Shown here piece after piece: positions 1 to 8,133 of a stretch of 64,000 nt of DNA (its first letter is position 1; every line of letters begins with the position of its first letter). A program made the translations under genes and the position numbers. Under the pieces are notes generated by a model that saw only the letters and a program-made list of their open reading frames with translations, was not told the origin of the DNA and searched no databases. The DNA is from an uncultured delta proteobacterium (GTDB lineage: Bacteria; Desulfobacterota; BSN033; UBA1163): NCBI GenBank assembly GCA_963827685.1, contig CAWHBU010000004.1:480001-544000 (forward strand), in the 5' to 3' direction.

Positions 1-2
1 AA

Positions 3-1763
3 GGTCTTCTAAACGTCCCCGTCATCAAACCTAAGAAAGAAGGAGAGATGACATGGTATGAAAAAATATCGAAACAGTGGGACCTGCTCGGCCATCAGAT
101 AAAGGAATATATCGGGCTCTATGCAACGGCTTACTACGGTCCGTATCTCAGGACTTACGAAGCTTTCAAAGATATCCTCGAGGAAGTGAAGAAAAAGGAA
201 GGGACCATCTTTATTCACGACATCAACAAGAAGCTTTCCGACTATCTCGATCATGAAATCGTACCGGATGTTTACTTCAGGATAGGTGAGACGATCTACC
301 ACTATCTGATCGATGAATTCCAGGATACCTCTCCCATCCAGTGGGCCAATCTCTTTCCCCTGATCGAGAACTCCCTTTCCCAGGGGGGAAGTCTCTTTGC
401 CGTGGGCGACACCAAGCAGGCGATCTATGGTTTCAGGAACGCCGATTACGGGATCATGAAGCGGCTTGAATCGAGCAATCCCTTTTCTTCTGCCCTTCAC
501 AACGTAAAAGAGCTGGAGATCAATTACCGCAGCCTCGAGGGAGTGGTCGATTTCAGCAAAGCATTCTTCAAAACGGTGATTGCCCATCATGACAAATACC
601 GGGAAGCCGCCAGCAGGAGCGGGCTCATTGATTATGAACAAAGGGTCAAGGAGGACCACGGGGGTTCGGGATACGTGGAAGTCATTCGATGTGAAAAGAA
701 GGATGACGAGCCCACTGAAAAACAGAGGATCCAGGATTTAGTAGAGGATTTAGTCCGCCGAGGGTACGCCTACTCGGATATCGCTATCCTGGCCTACCGA
801 AATGAAGACGTTGTCAATATCACGACCTGGCTGAACGAGGTCGGCATTCCCTTCATCTCCTACAGCAGCCTTGACATCAGGACGCGGAAGCTCACCGCTG
901 AAATCGTCGCCTTGCTGGCCTTCCTCGATGCTCCGCCCGATGATCTTTCCTTCGCAGGTTTTGTCCTCGGAGAGATCTTCAGAAAAGCTCTTGAAAGAAA
1001 TGAAAAGGTCTTCGAATTGAAAGCATTGCACGAATTCCTTTTCAGGAACAGGAAGAAAACGCCCCTTTACAAGGCTTTCCGGGAGGAATTCCCTGAGCTT
1101 TGGGAGATTTATTTTGAAACTCTTTTCAAGTCGACAGGCTATTTACCCCTCTATGACCTGGTGAGCGAGATTTACCGCCTTTACAGGGTTTTCGATCACT
1201 TCAGGGAGGAGGAGGCGACTCTCATGAAGATCTTGGAGGTGATCAAGAATTTTGAGGGGGAAGGCAGAAACAATCCCGGCGATTTTCTCAAATGCGCCGC
1301 CAGCGAAGAGGCAGGGGAGTCGGATTGGACCATTGATGTCCCCGCAGGCATCCATGCCGTGAAGGTGATGACCCTCCACAAGGCAAAAGGATTGGGTTTC
1401 CCGGTAGCCATTGTTCTCATCTATGAGGAGATCCCGCGGGGGTTCAAATATATTCTTGATGAGGAGACGGATGGGGTCCAGTTGCTCAAAATCAACCAGC
1501 GGATCATGAAAGCCAGCCCCTTTCTTCAAGAGAAATATGAAGAGGAAAGGCTCAAGGATCTGGTGAACAAGCTCAATATCCTTTATGTGGGCTTTACGCG
1601 GGCCGAGGATGAACTTTATATCGTTGGGGTCCAAGGGACGAGAAATCAGTTCCCCATCGATCTCCTGAAGGAGACGGATCCTCAAATTGGATGGAAGAAT
1701 GTTCCACGCCGCCGTTCTCCTGAAACGACTCAAGAGAGAATGGAGGCTCTATCATCCGCCTGA
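3..1763 (+). CDS. addA: AddA/UvrD-family helicase-nuclease, helicase part (5' truncated by window; frameshifted near 1745)
   Basis: Frame open from position 3. SF1A motifs YLIDEFQDTS, VGDTKQAIYGFR, NYRS, MTLHKAKGLGF, LYVGFTRA. Adjacent to an addB-like gene. Confidence 0.85.
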   Translation, partial: GLLNVPVIKPKKEGEMTWYEKISKQWDLLGHQIKEYIGLYATAYYGPYLRTYEAFKDILEEVKKKEGTIFIHDINKKLSDYLDHEIVPDVYFRIGETIYHYLIDEFQDTSPIQWANLFPLIENSLSQGGSLFAVGDTKQAIYGFRNADYGIMKRLESSNPFSSALHNVKELEINYRSLEGVVDFSKAFFKTVIAHHDKYREAASRSGLIDYEQRVKEDHGGSGYVEVIRCEKKDDEPTEKQRIQDLVEDLVRRGYAYSDIAILAYRNEDVVNITTWLNEVGIPFISYSSLDIRTRKLTAEIVALLAFLDAPPDDLSFAGFVLGEIFRKALERNEKVFELKALHEFLFRNRKKTPLYKAFREEFPELWEIYFETLFKSTGYLPLYDLVSEIYRLYRVFDHFREEEATLMKILEVIKNFEGEGRNNPGDFLKCAASEEAGESDWTIDVPAGIHAVKVMTLHKAKGLGFPVAIVLIYEEIPRGFKYILDEETDGVQLLKINQRIMKASPFLQEKYEEERLKDLVNKLNILYVGFTRAEDELYIVGVQGTRNQFPIDLLKETDPQIGWKNVPRRRSPETTQERMEALSSA

Positions 1764-2358
1764 CCCGATCAAATTCCCTTTCGCCCCGTTAGAAAGCCCT
1801 GCCATGAATGGCCGGGATGATATCTCAATTCCTCCCACAAAAGGCGCGGGCAGAGCCCCGTCCTTTCTAACGGGGTTTGCAGCCGTTGAGGAGCTCAACT
1901 TCGAGGAGAGGATGAGAGGCCAGTTTGTTCACAGGGTTCTCTATTTTGTTGACGGCCTGGACGAAAACGTCGGACCGGAACTCGAGCGGATCATCAAGCA
2001 AGTGAATGATGAATTAATGACGGATTATTCCGTGGAGACGATGAAAAAAGATCTTCTGGAATTCCTAAACCATGAAGAAATAAGCCCTTATTTCCGGGCC
2101 ATGCCGGGTAGGGTTATCAAAAGTGAGCAAGAATTTTCAGACCCTATGGGGAATCTCTTCAGGATGGACAGGGTGGTGTTTCAAGAGGGTCGGGTAACCG
2201 TGATCGATTATAAAACAGGCGCCGAGAGAGAAGCTGAAAAGGAATATATCTCCCAGCTCAAAAATTATATCCGGATCTTAAAAGAGATCTATCCCGATAA
2301 AAATGTCGAAGGGGTGATTGCTTACGTGGACCTGAAAGAGATTAGCAGAGTCAAGTGA
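1746..2358 (+). CDS. addA: C-terminal PD-(D/E)XK nuclease domain of AddA, in a shifted frame
   Basis: RGQFVHRVL, EQEF, FRMDRVV, VIDYKTG and QLKNY nuclease motifs. Removing one G at ~1745 joins it to the helicase ORF (ERMELYHPPDP). Confidence 0.8.
1784..1875. mobile_element. Palindromic miniature element (CCCCGTTAGAAA...TTTCTAACGGGG family) inserted in frame in addA
   Basis: 13-bp terminal inverted repeat CCCCGTTAGAAAG/CTTTCTAACGGGG. The same ends occur at 42198-42327 and 62803-62865. Confidence 0.8.
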
Positions 2359-2388
2359 CTGTGGTTCAGACGTTAGGCCATAGACTGA

Positions 2389-2460
2389 TAACCCCCCTTC
2401 ATCCCCCCTTAATTTAAGGGGGGATGAAGGGGGGTTACAAGGGGGGACGAAGGGGGGTTA
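2389..2460. repeat. G/C-run palindrome (REP-like) between addA and addB
   Basis: Perfect 24-bp stem TAACCCCCCTTCATCCCCCCTTAA/TTAAGGGGGGATGAAGGGGGGTTA, followed by a degenerate extra right arm. Confidence 0.8.
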
Positions 2461-2554
2461 GGGTGGAAAGCACTCCGAGGGTTAATTTTCGATATAGGAA
2501 AGTCTGAACTCTAAAGTCCGAAGTCGAGTGTCTGAATTTCAGAAGGAAGGTCAA

Positions 2555-5413
2555 GTGAACGTTCTCTTGATTTCGACATCGGAGAATCTGGTTGAAAAAG
2601 TAGCGGAGCATTTGATCGGTGTTGAAAAGGACTATGCTTCCAGTCTCGTGGTCTTTCCCGGTAAGAGGCCTTCGCACTTCCTCAGGAAACTCCTGGCAGA
2701 TAGAGAGAAGTCAAGTTTCGTACCGCCTGTCATCCTTTCCATAGATGAATTCATCGAACATGTTCATGACGAATCCCTGGGGCTCCAAGGAAGAAAGCTC
2801 GAAGCCATTGATGCCGTCTCGATCCTTTACACCCTTCATGCCGCGTCGCCCGAACACTTAGGCAAGAAGAGCTTTCTCACTCCCGACACTTTTTTCCCTG
2901 TCGGGATGAAGCTGTACAACGACCTGGAAGAGCTTTATATCGAAGGGGTCCCCTCCAAAAAGGTAAGGGAGATCGACAGCATCGCCGGGGAGAATATTCC
3001 TGAGCCCGCGGCGAAAAGGCTCCAATCCCTCTCCTATTTTTACGAAACGTTTTACAGGGGGATAGAGAAAGACCATTTTTCTACGAGGTCCTCGAGATAC
3101 CGGGCTGTTTCAGAAAATATCGACCGTTTAAATCTGGATCGTTTTAGAAAAGTGATCCTCGCAGGTTTTTTTGCTCTCACGGAATCGGAGAAAAAGATCT
3201 TTAGATCCCTGATGAAAAGAGAAAACACCCTCTTCATTTTTCAGGAGGGTGAGGGAATAAAAAAGAAGCTGGCCGACCTGGGCATATCGGCTCAAAAGCG
3301 ATTCACTCCCATCGAGCCTGAAATCCATTGCTATCAGAGTCCGGATTCCCATGGCCAGGTCCTCGGCGTGAGCACGTTCTTGAAAAACAAGATCGATCGG
3401 AAGGAACGGCTTGACGAAAACACGGTCATTGTCCTTCCCTCCGCGGAAGCCTTGCTTCCTCTTTTCCACCACGCTCTGAGCCTCCTCGATCCGGACAACT
3501 ATAATGTCTCCCTCGGATACCCTCTTCAGAGGACTCCTCTCTTCGGTTTTTTCAATAACCTGATGGAAGTGGTCACCACCATGGATGGGGATCGTCTCTA
3601 CATCCCTTATTACCTGGAGTTCATCCTCCATCCGTACACAAAGAACATCTATTTCGAGCGAAGGGCGGACCCTACCAGGATTCTTTTTCATACCATCGAG
3701 GAGACCCTCCTGGAGAAGCGAACCAGGAAGTTTCTGTCCTTGTCAGAACTGGAGAGTGATAAGGCCATCCTCGGCTCCATCAAAGAAAAAGTTATAAGAG
3801 TCGAGCCGGGGATCACCCTGAAGAGAATGAGAGAGCACCTGGAGGCGATCCATGCCCATACCATCAGGAAGATGCTTTCTTTTAGAGATGTGGGGGACTT
3901 TGCGAGGAAACTGAGAGAGGTGGTCGAATACCTCTATCAAAACAGCACGGCCCGTCTCCATCCCTTTTTCTACCCCTACGCGGAGTCTTTCGTCACCCAC
4001 CTCGATATCCTTTCCAGATCCCTGATGAAGGAGATCCAGTTTCAGGAGGTCGCAAGCTATTTCACCCTTTTTAGAAAATATATCGTGACTTCTTATACTC
4101 CTTTTGCAGGAACGCCTCTGAGAGGGGTGCAGGTCCTTGGTTTTCTGGAGACGAGGAATCTAAAATTTGAGAACGTCCTCTTTCTCGATGCGAACGAAGG
4201 CATCCTCCCTGATACGACGAGAGAGGATTCCTTTTTGCCCTTTAAGGCAAGGCAGATGTTAGGACTTCCCACCTACCTGGATAGGGAAGAGATCATGTTC
4301 TATACCTTCGATACGCTGGTCAGAGGAGCAAAGGAATCCCATCTCTTTTACGTCGAAAACGATGAGAAAGAGAAGAGCAGGTTTGTTGAGAGGTTCCTCT
4401 GGGAGAGGCAAAAGAGAGAAGGGAAGAGGGATGACAAGAAGTATGTTAAAACTATCCAGTACTCTGTAAACCTGAGAGAAGAGAGCCCCCGTCCCATAAA
4501 AAAATCCGGGGGGATGATCAGGTTCTTAAAGGAATATCCTTTCAGCGCAACTTCCCTGAATACCTATCTTACTTGTCCCCTTCAGTTCTATTACGAATAT
4601 GTTCTCGGGCTCAGGGAAAGAGAGGTCATTTCTGAAGAGTTCGAGAAGGAGGAAATTGGATCGTTTGTTCACCTGGTCCTTTCCCAATACTTCAAGGGGA
4701 AAACAGGATCTGTCCTGACAGAAAAGGAGATGAATCTTAAGGAATTCGAGAAAGTCATCCGTAAGCATTTTGAGGAGCAATACGGTAAAGACCCTACCGG
4801 GGAGATCTATCTGCTCAGGAACCAGGTGGAGAGGCATCTGAGAGATTTCATCAAGAATTACCAGGTGCCGAAGATCAAAGAGTTTCAAACAAAAATCCTG
4901 GGCCTTGAGCAAAGGATCGATGTCGTGAAGCATTCCTTCAAACTCGGGGCGCGGCTCGACAGGGTCGAGAAGAGGGCAGATAGGACAGTCATTATCGATT
5001 ATAAGACTTCTGCCAATAAAAATTACCTCACCATCCATTACAATAAGCTCGATCTAAAAAACAGGGATTCCTGGAGCGAAGCGATAGGCACGCTTCAGCT
5101 TCCCTTTTATCTCCTCACGTATTCTACTTTAACGGGGGAAAAACCGGAAGACATCGATTGTCTATTTTTACTCCTCGGAAAGACAAGGATTGACTCCGGC
5201 ATTGAAGTTCCACTTTTTAAAAATGAAACCGAGTTCAAGGAGCATTTTGGAAACCTGACCCAGGTCGTTTTCAGTCTGCTGAGAGAAATGGTGAATCCGG
5301 ATCAGCCCTTCATGCCTACCGTTGATCCAAAGAAAAATTGTAGCAGGTGTCCTTACGGATATATCTGCACTAATGCAAACGCATTAAATAAAGTGACATC
5401 ACCCTCTCCCTAA
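2555..5413 (+). CDS. addB: AddB-like inactive helicase / PD-(D/E)XK nuclease with Fe-S staple
   Basis: VVFPGKR, QVLGFLETR, FSATSLNTYLTCPLQFYY, RLDRVE, IIDYKT, QLPFY, CSRCPYGYIC (4 Cys). GTG start at 2555 with GAAGG RBS; the ORF is open from 2528. Confidence 0.85.
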   Translation: MNVLLISTSENLVEKVAEHLIGVEKDYASSLVVFPGKRPSHFLRKLLADREKSSFVPPVILSIDEFIEHVHDESLGLQGRKLEAIDAVSILYTLHAASPEHLGKKSFLTPDTFFPVGMKLYNDLEELYIEGVPSKKVREIDSIAGENIPEPAAKRLQSLSYFYETFYRGIEKDHFSTRSSRYRAVSENIDRLNLDRFRKVILAGFFALTESEKKIFRSLMKRENTLFIFQEGEGIKKKLADLGISAQKRFTPIEPEIHCYQSPDSHGQVLGVSTFLKNKIDRKERLDENTVIVLPSAEALLPLFHHALSLLDPDNYNVSLGYPLQRTPLFGFFNNLMEVVTTMDGDRLYIPYYLEFILHPYTKNIYFERRADPTRILFHTIEETLLEKRTRKFLSLSELESDKAILGSIKEKVIRVEPGITLKRMREHLEAIHAHTIRKMLSFRDVGDFARKLREVVEYLYQNSTARLHPFFYPYAESFVTHLDILSRSLMKEIQFQEVASYFTLFRKYIVTSYTPFAGTPLRGVQVLGFLETRNLKFENVLFLDANEGILPDTTREDSFLPFKARQMLGLPTYLDREEIMFYTFDTLVRGAKESHLFYVENDEKEKSRFVERFLWERQKREGKRDDKKYVKTIQYSVNLREESPRPIKKSGGMIRFLKEYPFSATSLNTYLTCPLQFYYEYVLGLREREVISEEFEKEEIGSFVHLVLSQYFKGKTGSVLTEKEMNLKEFEKVIRKHFEEQYGKDPTGEIYLLRNQVERHLRDFIKNYQVPKIKEFQTKILGLEQRIDVVKHSFKLGARLDRVEKRADRTVIIDYKTSANKNYLTIHYNKLDLKNRDSWSEAIGTLQLPFYLLTYSTLTGEKPEDIDCLFLLLGKTRIDSGIEVPLFKNETEFKEHFGNLTQVVFSLLREMVNPDQPFMPTVDPKKNCSRCPYGYICTNANALNKVTSPSP

Positions 5414-5448
5414 CCCTCCCCCCTTGTGGGGGAGGGGAGGGTGGGGGT
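5398..5448. repeat. CCCTCTCCC/GGGGAGGG-type REP-like palindrome overlapping the addB stop
   Basis: CACCCTCTCCCTAACCCTCCCCCCTTGTGGGGGAGGGGAGGGTGGGGG. A similar motif lies near 60170-60197. Confidence 0.6.
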
Positions 5449-5507
5449 AAAAAAATTAATACGTTCGTATTAATTAAAAAGAATCTTTTCATGATAAGGA
5501 GATCAAC

Positions 5508-7070
5508 ATGACCGGCGCAGAAAGCCTGATTCGCACCCTGATCGCCTCCGACGTTGAGATGTGCTTCGCCAATCCCGGCACCACCGAGATACAGTTCGTT
5601 GTTGCCCTTGACAAGGTTGAGTCCATGCGCTGCGTACTCGGTCTGGCCGAGACCGTTGTCACGGGCTGCGCCGACGGCTACGCGAGGATGGCAGAGAAAC
5701 CCGCGATGACGCTGCTCCACTGCGGACCGGGTTTCGCCAACGGGATCGCCAACGTGCACAATGCGCGCAGGGCGAATACGCCGATGGTAAACATCGTCGG
5801 CGACCAGGCTTCTTACCATCGTCCATTCGATCCACCGTTGACCGCGGACACCGAGGGGCTCGCGCGTGCGGCGTCGCACTGGGTTAGGACGAGCGGGTCC
5901 GCGCAGCAGGTTGCCTCCGACGGCGCCGCAGCGGTACAGGCCGCGCTTACCCCTCCGGGGCAGATTGCTACGCTGATCGTCCCTGCCGATGTGGCCTGGA
6001 GCGAGGCAAGCGGGCCGGCTGTGCCGCTTGCGGTATCGCCCCGGCCGCAGGTGGCGCCGGAGGTTCTTCGAACGGTGGCGCGGATCCTCCGTTCGGGCGA
6101 ACCGACCTTGTTGTTCCTCAACGGACAGGCCCTAAGTGAGGCAGGCCTCGTCGCTGCGCACCGAATTGCTCACGCCACCGGTGCGAAGCTGCGTGCGCCC
6201 TCGCATGTGCCGCGCATGGCGCGCGGTCGCGGCAGAGTTCCGGTGGACCGCGTTCCGTACGTGGTCGACACAGCCCTCCAGGTGTTGGCCGGGCTCAAAC
6301 ACGTGATCCTCGTCGGCGCAAAGCCGCTGGCGGGGTTCTTCGCCTATCCCGGAAAGCCCAGCCTCATGGTACCACAGGACTGCGCGACGCACGTGCTCGC
6401 GCGGCCGGACCAAGACGCCGTGGCCGCACTGCAAGGACTTGCCGACGAGATCGGCGCGCCGCGCGTCGTTCGGATTGAGGAAGCAGGCCCCAAGCCACGC
6501 ATTGCCAGCGGCCCCTTCGAATCGGAAGCCTTCGGGATGACGCTTGCTGCGCTGCTGCCCGAGAACGCGATCGTGGCCGATGATGCGGTGACGTCGGGCC
6601 GCGCGGTCTTTCCAGCCACGTTCAACGCGGCGCCCCATGACTGGATCCAGAGCACCGGAGGTGCGATCGGTCACGGCTTTCCGTGCGCCACGGGTGCTGC
6701 CGTGGCCTGCCCTGACCGGAAGGTCGTCTGCCTGCAGGCCGACGGGGCTGGCATGTTCACGCTGCAGGCGCTGTGGACGCAGGCGCGCGAGAAGCTGGAC
6801 GTGGTGAATGTGGTCTTTGCCAACCGCGTGTACAAGATCCTGTACGGCGAGCTGCGCACAGGGGGCGCGACGCCCGGACGCGCCTCAGACACCCTCTTCG
6901 ACCTCGGCCGTCCCGACCTCGATTGGGTTGGGCTGGCCAAAGGCATGGGCGTGGAAGCGGTCAGTGTAGAGACGCTGGAGGGGTTTGCCGACACGTTTCG
7001 CGCCGCCTGCAGCCGCCGGGGGCCCTTTCTGATTGAATTCCGGATTCAGAAGTGGAGCGGGGAGGGTTGA
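5508..7070 (+). CDS. Thiamine-diphosphate enzyme, acetolactate synthase large-subunit-like
   Basis: MTGAESLIRTL, FANPGTTE, ADGYARM, and ThDP motif variant ADGAGMF...N. Markedly higher GC than its neighbours. Confidence 0.9.
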   Translation: MTGAESLIRTLIASDVEMCFANPGTTEIQFVVALDKVESMRCVLGLAETVVTGCADGYARMAEKPAMTLLHCGPGFANGIANVHNARRANTPMVNIVGDQASYHRPFDPPLTADTEGLARAASHWVRTSGSAQQVASDGAAAVQAALTPPGQIATLIVPADVAWSEASGPAVPLAVSPRPQVAPEVLRTVARILRSGEPTLLFLNGQALSEAGLVAAHRIAHATGAKLRAPSHVPRMARGRGRVPVDRVPYVVDTALQVLAGLKHVILVGAKPLAGFFAYPGKPSLMVPQDCATHVLARPDQDAVAALQGLADEIGAPRVVRIEEAGPKPRIASGPFESEAFGMTLAALLPENAIVADDAVTSGRAVFPATFNAAPHDWIQSTGGAIGHGFPCATGAAVACPDRKVVCLQADGAGMFTLQALWTQAREKLDVVNVVFANRVYKILYGELRTGGATPGRASDTLFDLGRPDLDWVGLAKGMGVEAVSVETLEGFADTFRAACSRRGPFLIEFRIQKWSGEG

Positions 7071-7089
7071 CCCACCCAATTGTTTTTTT

Positions 7090-7411
7090 CAATCTGCAAT
7101 CCGAATTCGGCATTCTGGATTGGGCAGGCGCATTCCGAATTCCAATTTTCTTACGCTATGCGCTATGCGCCATGCGGTTTGCGCCAGACGAGATTCTGTA
7201 CGCCTTGCACCTCACGCTTTACGCCTCACGGCTCACGGTTCAGATAATTGCCTTTGTGTAGCGTTTCTGATATAGTGGGGCAAAATCCGGTGGGGGATTC
7301 AAATATTGAAAAATCTCGGGAATAAATTGAAGCCTATTCTCAAAAAGAATGGGCTTTTTTGTTTTAACTCTCACGAATTTCACGAATCACGAATCCCGAG
7401 TCACGATTCAC
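7090..7411. repeat. Degenerate heptamer tandem tracts (CTATGCG, CTCACGC/G, TCACGAA)
   Basis: Visible 7-nt periodicity, e.g. CTATGCGCTATGCGCCATGCG and TCACGAATTTCACGAATCACGAAT. Confidence 0.65.
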
Positions 7412-7485
7412 GGTGATAGGGGGCTCCAGAACAATTGAAAGCCAAGCCATCCTTTGCAGGTTAATTCTTTAAGGGAACTCCCAGC

Positions 7486-7806
7486 ATGGACGAGAATACC
7501 ATCATAGAACAGCTTGAGGAATTAACAAAAAGCTTTGGTATACAAATCCGCCATGAAGCCATAAAGCAGGATGAAGATTTGGTCAATGTCGTAGGAGGTC
7601 TGTGCCTATTAAGAGGGGAGTATGTACTCATCATCAATTCTAAGGCAACGACAATGGATAGAATTAAGACCTTGGCGACGGCATTGAAGCATTTCGATCT
7701 CGATCAGATTTATTTACGACCAGTTCTCAGGGAGCTATTGGACAGGACACCCGCGCAAAGACCATTCAACCTAATTGATAAGCAGAATTTGAAAGATTCT
7801 CCTTAG
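7486..7806 (+). CDS. Conserved hypothetical protein (resembles the N-terminal part of an ImmA-like fold without HEXXH)
   Basis: 106-aa ORF with RBS; GGLCLLRGEYVLIIN and YLRPVLRELL pattern. Confidence 0.65.
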   Translation: MDENTIIEQLEELTKSFGIQIRHEAIKQDEDLVNVVGGLCLLRGEYVLIINSKATTMDRIKTLATALKHFDLDQIYLRPVLRELLDRTPAQRPFNLIDKQNLKDSP

Positions 7807-7906
7807 AATTCCTCAATACTCATTCACCACGCTGTCCCCAGTCTCCACCCCGAAGTTTTTGACTACCCACACCGGTTCTGATAAAGTTCTGAAAGGATGG
7901 ATCCTC

Positions 7907-8100
7907 TATAGTGAACGCCTTAATAAAGTGGTCATTGCGAGGAGCGAAACGACGTGCCTGCGCGCTGAAGCGCTACGCCTGCCTGCGCGAAGCCGCTTCG
8001 GCGAAGGCAGGGCGCGCAAGCGTGGCAATCCCGTGAGATTGCTTCACTTCGTTCGCAATGACACGACGTGGATGTCAACTTATTTATGGCGTTCACTATA
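7907..8100. mobile_element. Nested miniature inverted-repeat elements
   Basis: Outer IR TATAGTGAACGCC/GGCGTTCACTATA; inner GTCATTGCGA (7931)/TCGCAATGAC (8062); innermost CCTGCC...GGCAGG. Confidence 0.75.
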
Positions 8101-8133
8101 ATTACATGCCTTTAATCAGAGTCGATAAACAAA

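Noticed and set aside
9-5879. Long antisense ORFs over addA, addB and the ThDP gene (and over other CDSs in the window)
   Set aside because: Shadow frames of well-supported genes on the opposite strand.
7033-8101. ORFs 7033-7275, 7052-7261 and 7859-8101 (similarly 11870-12217, 25365-25646, 41042-41507, 47585-48394)
   Set aside because: These are translations of heptamer or palindromic repeat DNA (RNPQSAI/CAMR-type peptides), not credible proteins.
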